A stretch of 64,000 nucleotides of DNA. Origin: Patescibacteria group bacterium. Its GTDB lineage: Bacteria; Patescibacteriota; Patescibacteriia; GWA2-46-9. The stretch's first letter is position 1; every line of letters begins with the position of its first letter. The notes beneath the pieces were generated by a model, which saw nothing but the letters and a program-made list of their open reading frames with translations, did not search any database and was not told where the DNA came from. This document shows positions 30,619 through 40,191 of the stretch, in pieces. The stretch is taken from the NCBI GenBank assembly GCA_041675205.1, contig JBAYUF010000001.1:20863-84862 (forward strand). Direction: 5' to 3'. Made by a program: the position numbers and the translations under genes.

Positions 30619-33600
30619 ATGAACAGGCAGTATGGTAAGCCGCTGTTTCTGTTGCTCTCAGCGGTGTTTACTGTCTGTACTACAAGTGCTGCCCTTGGGA
30701 TTGATTACAGTAGTACCAGTTTTATATTGCGCGATCCTGTCGTGAGTGTTGGTGGTGGATATTCCTCTTCTTCTAGTTTCCAGTACACCAGCGTTCTTGG
30801 CCAAACAGTTATTGGTGAAAGCACCGCCGCGTCTACGATTGGTCGGTTTGGTTTTTTGTACTTCCCTTCGTTTATAACCGCCCCTCTCGTAACGCCAGTG
30901 GCTGGAGTTGAAGAAGTGGTGCTCTCATGGACGGCAGCTTCAGGAACGGTGGCCGTAGACCACTATGAACTTGGCACAGGAACTATTTCCGGTAGTGAAA
31001 CGTATCAGAACGTAGGGAGTGTGCTTACGTTCACAAAAACTGGACTCACTGGTGGTACGCTCTACTATTTTACCGTTCGAGCAGTGGATGCTACGGGCGA
31101 GGTACTGCTTACCTCGTCTGAGGTAAGTGCCACGCCCACCGCAACGACGACTCCACCGCCTTCGACTCCGACCGGTGGTGGAGGCGGTATTATTCCGTCA
31201 ACAGTAGGTGATGCGGCGCTTCCAGCTGCACCCCGCGCACAATTTGGTGAAGCGTTGGATACGGAAACTATTCGTTGGTATTTTTTTGATAGAGCAAATA
31301 ACGAAACTGGTTTTCAAATTCGAGACAGTGACGCCAACATCCGTGCCACGACACCACCGTGGGTAACAGAAGACAGTACGTATCTTGATGAAACTAGTTT
31401 AGCGGCAAACGTCGTGGCGGCAGGTCGGCGAGCGTATGCTACCAATGTGGCTGGGGTATCCGCCCCCTCAGACGTCTATGCTCCAGTGTATACGGCAATA
31501 GAAAGACCAGTGGCGCTCGAAAGTATCCTTACTGACGGCGTCCTCTACCTACGAGCCTCTTCAGAAGGGTACAGTGGTGGGTTCAGTAATATGAGTAGCG
31601 GCCGTTCAGGGTTACTGTTTGAAGATGAGACGCACGGCATTGCTTCGGGCTGGGTAAAGGCTGAGACATTCGCCTTTGCAAGTTTACCGAGCGGTACGTA
31701 TCAGTTTCGGGTTCGAGCTCGGAATGGTGACGGCATAGAAACGAATACGAGCGCTTCCATTGCAGTAGTCGTGCCCCCGTATACTCCGCCAGTGGATGCC
31801 GAAAAACCAATCATAGAAATTGTATCGCCTGCGAACGGCGCAACGATTACCACCGATACGCTCACTATTACTGGACGAACAAAGCCCGGGGCACGAGTAA
31901 CGCTTCGGTATGGAAATGTGGAAACCTTTACTGTTGCAGGAAGTAACGGTATTTTCCGTTTCACTTTAGCGAATCTAAAAAATGGTACACAGCTGGTGCG
32001 TTTCATGGCACGAGCGCAGAATGGTGCAATGAGCGATAGTGTTTCTCTTACCTTTGTGGTAGCGCTCCTTGATGATGAACCGGAAGTACCAACGGTAGTT
32101 ACGCCTGAACCGCCAACAGAAGTACCCCCTGGTGTCATCATTCCGCCTCGTGTTCCAGTGGAGCTGCCTGGACTGCCAACCCTGCCGCGTATAGAAGGAT
32201 TGCCTGAAAATATTGTCGACGGTAGTAAGGTAGTTACTGGGGCTATTAAGGCGGTACGTGATTTTCTTAATGTCGAAGCTCCGGCCGCAGTCGCTCAGCT
32301 AGGTAGCGATGTTCGTTCCTTGGCGTCACGGGTAACAAGACCAACCTTGGCGCCGGTTGTTGCATTAGCTCGTTCTGTTGCTGCATCGGTCCGCGCTCGA
32401 GTGGCACTGGTGGCTGGTGAATTCCGTATTGGAGTTCGCTTGGTTACACGCGACGCGCCACGGGCATTCAGTAGTGCTTTCCGTACCTTTGCCGAGTCGA
32501 CAGCGAATATATCCTTCTTCAAGAGCACTCAACCACCATATCTTGCCCGACTTTTTTTCTTCGCTCGCGCCGAGACTATACGTTCTATCGCGCAGCTCCG
32601 CGCATTCCGAGGGGTCTTCGTCCAGGGACTGCCAACGTTCGGTCGTGAGGTGCGGCAGCTCATTGTCGCCGTCAGTAAGCGTCTCCCCCCTGAAGAAACT
32701 AGTGCTGACCCCCTTATTGTGATGGTAATGCGCACTATTCGTGAAGATGTGCTCGTTGCTAGTACTGTTGCTCGTATGGTCGGTTCTCGAGCGGTAGTGC
32801 AAGTACCGGTGGCGCTGTCTGTTGCGCAGACGACGGTGCGTTCACTCTCTCCCGCACCGTACCTTCGTCAGGCATTTGAGCAAGGAACCCAAGATTTCTT
32901 GGCTGTTATCAGTGCCGCATTGCGAGCTGGCGATACTGCTCGTGAACGGCTGATTCTTTTGGCACGAGCATTGTCACCAGTACCTGCCGTGCGGCAGACC
33001 GTGGCACAGCTGCGACTTGATGCCGTTGCCTTGGCAGATGCCTTTGCCGTTAGTACGCGTAGCATCGTTACTGATACGAGAACGACAATTGGAGAATATC
33101 AGACAGCCGCGCAAGCTTTGGCCGCCGCCGTCACCCTACCGGATGTCGTAATTGATACGGAACAATTCCAAACCATCATTGCTTCTTATCTGACTGCGGG
33201 CACGGAAGCAATCACTCGAACGGGTACCTTTTTCACTACCGACGTTCCGAATATTGCCCGTACCTTTGTGGGTGATGTGCGGGTAGCTATTCGTCCGCCA
33301 AGTCGGGAGTCAATTATCGGATCCGGGCCGGACTCAGCTTCGCCGTTGGTTGCCCTGGTTCGTCCTCGACCAACCGAGGTGCCGTCAGCGCTTCCCGTTG
33401 ACAGTGTCGTGGCAAAATCAAATTTTGGAAACGTGACGTTATTGGCAGCAGAAGATACGGCTTTGCGACTTCCGGCTGGGTATAGTTTTAAATTATTTGT
33501 TCGTCCGTCGAAGCCAGTTACGGAGATTACCGGTGAACTTATTTTGACCGCAGCGCAGGGGAGTACAGACGTAGAGGATGTACCAAGCAATCTATTCTTA

Positions 33601-34155
33601 CGTATTCCCGCTGCCCAAGCAGCGGTCATAGCCCCCGTTGAGGCCCTGGCTTTGTCGGTCGCAACGTTTCCATACCGCCGTACAGAAACGGGTATTTATG
33701 CCGCCTATGCGAGTGTCCCCCCGCTTATTGGTAGTTATCAACTACTGACGCATCTGGCGTATGCTGATGGCACAGAGCGGACCATTGCTCGTGAAATTGA
33801 AACCGAGAGTTCAGGGTATCTCTATGCCATAACCGATCGCGGTCAACAAGAACGTATTCGTGGGGCCGTCGTTTCACTTCGAGTTGAACGTGAAGATCAA
33901 TCAGGTTTTGTTTTGTGGCCCGGCCCACTGTTTGATCAAAAGAATCCAGTCAAAACTGATGAAACCGGTGCCTATCAGTTTTTGCCGCCACCAGGGACGT
34001 ATCAACTACGTATTGAGCATCCAGATTATGAGTCTTATGAATCGGAGGTTATTAGTCTCGAATTTACCTCGCCGATTGCTCGCCCGATTGCGCTTACCCC
34101 GAAGCCACGAGGTTTCCTTGAGATTATCTCAGGGGCCATTCGCGATAGTCGCTAG
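30619..34155 (+). CDS. Secreted protein with FN3/Ig-like domains and a C-terminal carboxypeptidase-regulatory-like domain
   Basis: Signal peptide; LSWTAA..TGLTGGTLYYFTVRAVD (FN3); PIIEIVSPANG (Ig); QKNPVKTDETGAYQFLPPPGTYQLRIEHPDY. Confidence 0.8.
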   Translation: MNRQYGKPLFLLLSAVFTVCTTSAALGIDYSSTSFILRDPVVSVGGGYSSSSSFQYTSVLGQTVIGESTAASTIGRFGFLYFPSFITAPLVTPVAGVEEVVLSWTAASGTVAVDHYELGTGTISGSETYQNVGSVLTFTKTGLTGGTLYYFTVRAVDATGEVLLTSSEVSATPTATTTPPPSTPTGGGGGIIPSTVGDAALPAAPRAQFGEALDTETIRWYFFDRANNETGFQIRDSDANIRATTPPWVTEDSTYLDETSLAANVVAAGRRAYATNVAGVSAPSDVYAPVYTAIERPVALESILTDGVLYLRASSEGYSGGFSNMSSGRSGLLFEDETHGIASGWVKAETFAFASLPSGTYQFRVRARNGDGIETNTSASIAVVVPPYTPPVDAEKPIIEIVSPANGATITTDTLTITGRTKPGARVTLRYGNVETFTVAGSNGIFRFTLANLKNGTQLVRFMARAQNGAMSDSVSLTFVVALLDDEPEVPTVVTPEPPTEVPPGVIIPPRVPVELPGLPTLPRIEGLPENIVDGSKVVTGAIKAVRDFLNVEAPAAVAQLGSDVRSLASRVTRPTLAPVVALARSVAASVRARVALVAGEFRIGVRLVTRDAPRAFSSAFRTFAESTANISFFKSTQPPYLARLFFFARAETIRSIAQLRAFRGVFVQGLPTFGREVRQLIVAVSKRLPPEETSADPLIVMVMRTIREDVLVASTVARMVGSRAVVQVPVALSVAQTTVRSLSPAPYLRQAFEQGTQDFLAVISAALRAGDTARERLILLARALSPVPAVRQTVAQLRLDAVALADAFAVSTRSIVTDTRTTIGEYQTAAQALAAAVTLPDVVIDTEQFQTIIASYLTAGTEAITRTGTFFTTDVPNIARTFVGDVRVAIRPPSRESIIGSGPDSASPLVALVRPRPTEVPSALPVDSVVAKSNFGNVTLLAAEDTALRLPAGYSFKLFVRPSKPVTEITGELILTAAQGSTDVEDVPSNLFLRIPAAQAAVIAPVEALALSVATFPYRRTETGIYAAYASVPPLIGSYQLLTHLAYADGTERTIAREIETESSGYLYAITDRGQQERIRGAVVSLRVEREDQSGFVLWPGPLFDQKNPVKTDETGAYQFLPPPGTYQLRIEHPDYESYESEVISLEFTSPIARPIALTPKPRGFLEIISGAIRDSR

Positions 34156-34158
34156 GAA

Positions 34159-35211
34159 CTAGGTTAGTTCTTCTCCTTCAGTTGTTTCAATGGCTGCAAC
34201 GAGGGCACGAACATCTTGAGTCGCATTAGCATCGCAAATCAGCAAGGCGTCACCAGTGTCGATGATGATGAGATTATCAACACCAACAGTTGTTACCAGA
34301 CGATTCGATCGATTGATAACAAGACTGCGTGTTGTATTAACGCCAATGTGGCGGCCTTCGATGGTGTTCGATTCAGTAGCTGTTCGTTGCCAATCGCGAA
34401 CCGCCTGCCAGTGCCCGATGTCAGTCCAGGTAATTGGTGTGGGAAGAACGGCGAGCTTTATGTCGCGCTCGAGCACTGCTTTATCAATAGACTCAACCGC
34501 CGCCGCAGCATACGTTTGAGCGGTTACTGTACCTTGGAGTGTTGCGGCGATAATAGCACCTAAGTCTGGATTACAAGCAGCGATTCTTTCTAAAATAGTT
34601 TCAGCATGCCAGAGAAACATGCCGCTATTCCAAAGTGCGTTTCCCGCAGTTACGTAGCCAATTGCTGCATCTTTGTCAGGCTTTTCGTGGAATCGTCGAA
34701 CAGATAGCACGCCAGGCGCTAGTTCAGCACCAACTTCAATGTAGCCGTAGCCTGTTTCTGGATAGGTGGGAACAATGCCTAGGGTGAGAAGATAGTCAGG
34801 ATACGTAGCAAGAAAATCAAGGCCAACGAGAATTTTTTCTGCCAAGATTTCTGGGTTACTAATCAAATGGTCGGCGGAGAGAACCAAAACTGATTCGTTC
34901 GCAGGTACGCCACCACGAACCATAGAAGCCACACCGAAGCTTATTGCAGCTGCGGTCCCCCGTCCTTCGGGTTCTTGAAAAATGTGTTCTGGCCGCAGCC
35001 GTGGGAGTTGCTCGCGCACTTCAGTAAGCTGAAACTCATTAGAAACAACTACAAATATATTCGCAGCAGAAGTAAAAAGTTCAGCTCGCTCCGCTGTTGC
35101 CTGTAGGAGGCTCTGGTCTGATAAAATTCGTTGTAGCTGCTTAGGACTCTTTTTTCTAGAGAGTGGCCATAGACGAGTCCCTTTTCCGCCAGCGAGAATG
35201 AGAATTTGCAT
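34159..35211 (-). CDS. manC: Mannose-1-phosphate guanylyltransferase
   Basis: ILAGGKGTRLWPLSR..PKQ, PETGYGYI, FHEKP, WNSGMF, WTDIGHW. Confidence 0.93.
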   Translation of the reverse strand: MQILILAGGKGTRLWPLSRKKSPKQLQRILSDQSLLQATAERAELFTSAANIFVVVSNEFQLTEVREQLPRLRPEHIFQEPEGRGTAAAISFGVASMVRGGVPANESVLVLSADHLISNPEILAEKILVGLDFLATYPDYLLTLGIVPTYPETGYGYIEVGAELAPGVLSVRRFHEKPDKDAAIGYVTAGNALWNSGMFLWHAETILERIAACNPDLGAIIAATLQGTVTAQTYAAAAVESIDKAVLERDIKLAVLPTPITWTDIGHWQAVRDWQRTATESNTIEGRHIGVNTTRSLVINRSNRLVTTVGVDNLIIIDTGDALLICDANATQDVRALVAAIETTEGEELT

Positions 35212-35350
35212 AGATATGCAAGAGTATAACATAGCCATTAGAATTGCCGATGTGATACTAATGACGTATAGTTTTGGGGCTTACAATAGTCCGGTTTGTT
35301 CCGATAATTGGCAGTTACTGTACTGCCCTACACCGAGGAAGTGACACCAC

Positions 35351-35425
35351 GGCGCCGTGGTGAAGTGGTAACACTGCGGTCTGCAAAACCGCGATGCGGG
35401 GGTTCGATTCCCCCCGGCGCCTCCA
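35351..35425 (+). tRNA. tRNA-Cys(GCA)
   Basis: GGCGCCG/CGGCGCC acceptor stem, GCGGT-CTGCAAA-ACCGC anticodon arm, GGTTCGATTCC T-arm, discriminator T, encoded CCA. Confidence 0.96.
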
Positions 35426-35449
35426 GCTAATAATTCCAACAAAATAGGT

Positions 35450-38164
35450 ATGTCATTTGAGAAGCCGCGTAGTCTAGTTATTTTTGACGGTAACGCGCTC
35501 TTACATCGGGCGTGGCACGCTTTGCCGCCACTCATGACTACCGACGGTCGCCTTGTGAACGCCGTTTACGGCTTCCTCCTCGTCTATTTGAAAGTCATAC
35601 GGGAGTTAAAACCAAGTCATCTGGTTGTGGCATTTGATCGGCCTGAACCAACTTTTCGACACGAGGCCTACGAGGCCTATAAAGCAACTCGCGAAAAGCA
35701 GCCGGATGAGCTGTATGACCAATTGCCAATTTTGAAACAGGTGTTAGCGGCGATGCGAGTTACGGTACTTGACGCAGTCGGTTTTGAGGCAGATGACGTG
35801 ATTGGTACTGTGGTAACGACGGCAAAGCGAGCAGGGTTAGCGAGTATCATTGTAACGGGAGATATGGACGAACTGCAGCTCGTTGACGAGCAGGTGCGTG
35901 TTTACACACTGCGTCATGGTTTGAGCGATACAATCCTCTATGACGTGCCAACAGTTCAGAGGCGCTACGGATTAGCGCCCAGTCAGCTTATTGATTATCG
36001 GGGATTAAAGGGAGACCCGTCGGACAATTTGCCAGGGGTGAAGGGTGTTGGTGAAAAAACAGCCACGTTACTTATTCAGAAGTTTCAAACCTTGGAAGGT
36101 TTATATGATGCACTAGAACGTGGTGAGCATGATGCGCCACTAAAACCAAAATTGATTGAACGTTTAGTCGAGCATAAGGCTGACGCTTTAATGACTCGTA
36201 AACTCTCAATTATTCGTTGTGATGTACCAGTTTCTTTTTCACTTGACGAGCTTGTTGTAGAAGCGCCTGATACAGCAACTGTTGTGGCGCTCTTTCAAGA
36301 GTTACAATTTTCTTCCCTCATCGCCAAATTACCAGGAGTGAATGATGCAGTTGTGATGGCGGCAGCGCGCGACAGCAAAGCCACTATCCCTGTCCAGTAT
36401 AAAACAATAACCGATGACCAATCGTTGCAAACGTTAGTAGCAGTACTCTGCCAGGAGTCTTGTTTAGCCATTGCCACAGTTACTAGTGGTGATGAGGATG
36501 ACTCAATTTTGCTTGGCATAAGTTTTTCCTGGGGGCCTGGTCTGGCGGCATATGTGGTGCTCCACGATGCGGCTCATCGGCTCGATGCATTGGCACCACT
36601 GTTAACAAATTCTGCACTTGCAAAGTGGGGTCATAATGTGAAGGATCAGTATAAAGTTTTAGAGCGGGCGGGGGTAACGTTGGCGGGCTTGGCTGGCGAT
36701 ACCATGCTGGCGGCATACCTTATTAATCCAGGCGTACGTGCCTACGACCTCAGTGCTCTGAGTTTTACTGAATTTGGTCATCGTCGAAGTCGAGCAGCTA
36801 TAGCCAAGAAGAGCAAAGCGTCCGTTGTGCCAGAAGTTTCACTGGCCGAGCTCTCAATAAATGCGTGTGAAGACGCTGACTATACCTGGCGTCTTCAGGA
36901 GCAATTTTTGCCAAAGTTGAAAGCGCATAATTTACAGGCTTTGTTTGATACCATCGAAGTGCCACTCGTTCCGGTGTTAGTTTCTATGGAGCAAGCAGGC
37001 GTTAAAATTGATGTGGCAGTCTTAAAAGCATTAGAAGATAGAGTAGCTGCGCAGATAGGAAAACGAGAAAAAGAAATATTCGCACTAACGAAAACAACGT
37101 TTAATATTGATTCTCCGCGTCAACTTGCAACAGTCTTGTTTGAAACTCTTAAACTGCCAACGGCTGGCATTGGTCGAACGAAGTCTGGTTACTCAACTGC
37201 GGCGCCAGAGTTAGAAAAATTAAAAGGGACGCACGAAGTTATTGCAGCGCTACTAGATTATCGCGAGCTTACGAAGTTGCAGTCTACGTATATCACCGCC
37301 TTACCTAAAATGGTGTCTCCTAAGAGTGGCCGGTTGCACACGACGTTCAGTCAAGTAGTCGCTGCTACTGGTCGATTGTCTTCTTTAAATCCGAATTTAC
37401 AAAATATTCCTGTGCGGAGTCCCTTGGGGGCACAGGTGCGTTCAGCGTTTGTTGCTGAGCCAGGAAATATACTTATTTCGGCTGACTATTCCCAAATTGA
37501 ATTACGTATTGCAGCGTCATTGTCTAAAGATCCAGTCATGCTTGCTATTTTTCAGGACGGAAAGGATATTCACCAGGCAACAGCGGCACGTATCCATGGC
37601 ATATCGGAAGCTGAGGTAACGAAAGAAATTCGTGCCACAGCGAAAGAGGTGAATTTTGGCGTGCTGTATGGTATGGGGGCGTGGGGGTTGGCAGCCCGAA
37701 CAGGGTTGTCGCCCGCCGCAGCTCGGGAGTTCATTGATCGCTACTTCACAACCTTCGCAGGATTACGAACCTACCTAGACGAGTTACTGGTGACAGCCAA
37801 GAAGCAAGGGTTTGTTGAAACACTGTACGGTCGTCGGCGATACGTACCTGAATTGTCTTCGGGTGCCGTCATGGTGCGGCAGGCCGGTGAACGAATAGCG
37901 GTCAATATGCCTATTCAAGGGACCGCAGCTGACATGATGAAACTGGCTATGATTGCCGTGTGGAAAGGGCTACCCAGTATTTCCCCGGCAGCGCGTCTGG
38001 TACTCCAAGTGCACGACGAATTAATTATTGAAGCACCTATTGCAAGTGTTGGAGCCGTTGGAGCGTTTCTTCATGATGAAATGATTGCTGCGGCCAAGCT
38101 CAGTGTGCCGGTGGTTGTTAACGTGGCCGCCGGACATTCCTGGGGGTCGCTAGAGGCGCAGTAA
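35450..38164 (+). CDS. polA: DNA polymerase I
   Basis: 5'-3' exonuclease (FDGNALLHRA, EADDVIGT, GDPSDN) plus polymerase motifs ADYSQIELR, AKEVNFGVLYG, LQVHDEL. Confidence 0.98.
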   Translation: MSFEKPRSLVIFDGNALLHRAWHALPPLMTTDGRLVNAVYGFLLVYLKVIRELKPSHLVVAFDRPEPTFRHEAYEAYKATREKQPDELYDQLPILKQVLAAMRVTVLDAVGFEADDVIGTVVTTAKRAGLASIIVTGDMDELQLVDEQVRVYTLRHGLSDTILYDVPTVQRRYGLAPSQLIDYRGLKGDPSDNLPGVKGVGEKTATLLIQKFQTLEGLYDALERGEHDAPLKPKLIERLVEHKADALMTRKLSIIRCDVPVSFSLDELVVEAPDTATVVALFQELQFSSLIAKLPGVNDAVVMAAARDSKATIPVQYKTITDDQSLQTLVAVLCQESCLAIATVTSGDEDDSILLGISFSWGPGLAAYVVLHDAAHRLDALAPLLTNSALAKWGHNVKDQYKVLERAGVTLAGLAGDTMLAAYLINPGVRAYDLSALSFTEFGHRRSRAAIAKKSKASVVPEVSLAELSINACEDADYTWRLQEQFLPKLKAHNLQALFDTIEVPLVPVLVSMEQAGVKIDVAVLKALEDRVAAQIGKREKEIFALTKTTFNIDSPRQLATVLFETLKLPTAGIGRTKSGYSTAAPELEKLKGTHEVIAALLDYRELTKLQSTYITALPKMVSPKSGRLHTTFSQVVAATGRLSSLNPNLQNIPVRSPLGAQVRSAFVAEPGNILISADYSQIELRIAASLSKDPVMLAIFQDGKDIHQATAARIHGISEAEVTKEIRATAKEVNFGVLYGMGAWGLAARTGLSPAAAREFIDRYFTTFAGLRTYLDELLVTAKKQGFVETLYGRRRYVPELSSGAVMVRQAGERIAVNMPIQGTAADMMKLAMIAVWKGLPSISPAARLVLQVHDELIIEAPIASVGAVGAFLHDEMIAAAKLSVPVVVNVAAGHSWGSLEAQ

Positions 38165-38167
38165 TTT

Positions 38168-39106
38168 ATGGTGTTTCTCATTAGCGGTCCTGATACATTG
38201 CGAGCCCGCCGTAAGGTGTCAGAGATAAAGGCGAAATTTATACATGATGTTCCGAATGGCGCCGTCACCCGTATTGCTGGTGAGGGTATTACTGTTCGCA
38301 GTGTCCAAGAAAACTTTGGGGCTGCGCCGCTTCTCGCCCGTCGGCAACTCGTCATTGTGTCGGACCTCCTGCTCGTGAAAGAAGTAGCCGTTCATAGTGC
38401 GGTTGCTGCGTTTTTGGAGCGATTACAGCAAGCGAATGACAGCAATGTCATTGTTTTTTTTGAAACTGAAATAAAACAGGCCGGGCCACTCCTCAATTGG
38501 TTGAAAGCGAATGCGCTGTGCCAGGCGTTCCCAGTGCTAGATAGTCGGCAGATTGCTGCGTGGGTCGTGGCAGCCTGCAAAGAACGAGGACGAGCAATTA
38601 CCCCTGGTGCTGTGGCGCAACTTGTTACCGGTAGTGGTGGTGACAATTGGCGGTTGCTGAATGAAATAGAAAAATTGCATGCCTATGTACCAGTCAACGC
38701 GCCGATTACGGAAGACGTTGTTGCAATTCTCTTTACGCCTACGGGCGAAGACAAAATTTTTGCAATGATTGACGCCGTCATCCGAGGAGAAACCGATACC
38801 GCAAGCTCGCTCCTCAATCGGCTCCTCGCCGATGGCGCCGCCGCAGAGAACATCGTAAGCCTGCTCGAGCAGCAGTTACGTACCGTGCTTCTCTTGCAGC
38901 TTGATGCCTCTGGGTCGGCATTACGTGGTGTGCATCCGTATGTAATACAAAAACTTCTTCCCGTCGCTCGACGGTCAGGAATGCTGGAAATTAGAAACGC
39001 CTACGCGGCATTAGCCGAGGTAGACGTTTCTATTAAGCAGGGGACAGTTGACGCAAAGACAGGATTGCTGCAGTTCGCTATGACGTCTTTTGCCAAAGTT
39101 TCATAA
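38168..39106 (+). CDS. holA: DNA polymerase III delta subunit
   Basis: 312 aa; LLNEIEKL, IFAMIDA, VHPYVIQK, DVSIKQG; adjacent to rpsT. Confidence 0.85.
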   Translation: MVFLISGPDTLRARRKVSEIKAKFIHDVPNGAVTRIAGEGITVRSVQENFGAAPLLARRQLVIVSDLLLVKEVAVHSAVAAFLERLQQANDSNVIVFFETEIKQAGPLLNWLKANALCQAFPVLDSRQIAAWVVAACKERGRAITPGAVAQLVTGSGGDNWRLLNEIEKLHAYVPVNAPITEDVVAILFTPTGEDKIFAMIDAVIRGETDTASSLLNRLLADGAAAENIVSLLEQQLRTVLLLQLDASGSALRGVHPYVIQKLLPVARRSGMLEIRNAYAALAEVDVSIKQGTVDAKTGLLQFAMTSFAKVS

Positions 39107-39338
39107 GGCGAGATTTTGTTCTCGCTGCCGCATTTTTTTTGAGCACCTTTTTCTTCACTGATTTATCAAGCATTTGAACAGTTGCTTTCAGCAGACTTTC
39201 TGCCTCGGCACTTTTTGTGCTCGCCGCTTTGCGTGCATTTTTCAACGTACGCTTTAGGGTCTCTCGAACAATCTTATTTTGTGCGGTGCGCTTCTTCGTT
39301 TGTCGCAACGCCTTCATTGCATTCGGTTTTCGAGGCAT
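39078..39338 (-). CDS. rpsT: 30S ribosomal protein S20
   Basis: MP..NAMKALRQ, LDKSVKK, KNAAARTKSRL. Confidence 0.95.
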   Translation of the reverse strand: MPRKPNAMKALRQTKKRTAQNKIVRETLKRTLKNARKAASTKSAEAESLLKATVQMLDKSVKKKVLKKNAAARTKSRLMKLWQKTS

Positions 39339-39398
39339 GTGTTTGTTGGGAAGTAAGATTCAATAAGTAGCGCTAGCATAGCAGTTTCCTTTGGAACG

Positions 39399-40151
39399 TC
39401 AACACTTTTTCTTATCTAACGTCCCTCGTTCGTTTTGAACGGCTGTTGTTGGGAGTAATCGTTCCAGAATGGTTCGCTCCGTCAGTTCAGTCACAGTAAC
39501 CGCATTTTTCACTGAAAAAGGTCCAATTTCTGTACGACGAAGCTCTATAATGTAGCCACCCGTGCCAAGCGCTACCCCCAGATCGCGCCCTACTGCTCGT
39601 ACGTATGTTCCAGATGAGCACGTCAGACTGATTTTTACGTCGTTATTGCTGTAGGTAATAAGTGCCAAGGCAGTAATCGTAACCGGCACGGGTCGAAGTG
39701 TCACTGGTTTACCTTGGCGTGCGTGAATGTAACTTGCGACCCCGTTAATTTTCTTAGCAGAAAATGGCGGCGGAAGCTGCATGGTGGTGCCGATAAATTT
39801 TTCGAGCGCTTTACGGACGGTTTCTTCCTTTGGTGGGGTAAACCCAGCCGTTGGTATTGGCGTCGCCTCGGCGTCGTCGGTGGCTGTAGTTGCCCCAAGC
39901 CGGATAGTTGTTTCGTAAGATTTAGTAAGTCCCAAAAGTTGTCCGAGTGCTTTTGTTGACGAACCAATACCGAGGATGAGGAGACCACTCGCATAGGGAT
40001 CAAGCGTGCCAGCGTGACCAACCTTTATTTTTTTCCCATATGGGCGGAGCAGGCGTCGTACCGTGGCGACAACATCATGCGACGTCGGCCCGACCGGCTT
40101 ATCGACCAGCAAGAATCCACTCGGTTGATTGTTTGAGGTCATGGTAGTCAT
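39399..40151 (-). CDS. truB: tRNA pseudouridine(55) synthase, short form
   Basis: LVDKPVGPTSHD, VGHAGTLDP, CSSGTYVR; start taken as ATG 40151. Confidence 0.95.
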   Translation of the reverse strand: MTTMTSNNQPSGFLLVDKPVGPTSHDVVATVRRLLRPYGKKIKVGHAGTLDPYASGLLILGIGSSTKALGQLLGLTKSYETTIRLGATTATDDAEATPIPTAGFTPPKEETVRKALEKFIGTTMQLPPPFSAKKINGVASYIHARQGKPVTLRPVPVTITALALITYSNNDVKISLTCSSGTYVRAVGRDLGVALGTGGYIIELRRTEIGPFSVKNAVTVTELTERTILERLLPTTAVQNERGTLDKKKC

Positions 40152-40153
40152 TG

Positions 40154-40182
40154 TTGACGAAAAGGGTAATTTCTCGTATATT
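40154..40182 (+). promoter_or_regulatory. sigma70-type promoter of infB
   Basis: TTGACG-17 nt-TATATT, 9 nt before ATG 40192. Confidence 0.65.
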
Positions 40183-40191
40183 GAAGACCCT

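Noticed and set aside
18679-34155. Prophage (tail-fibre-like motifs)
   Set aside because: Proteins carry signal peptides; no capsid, terminase, portal or integrase genes
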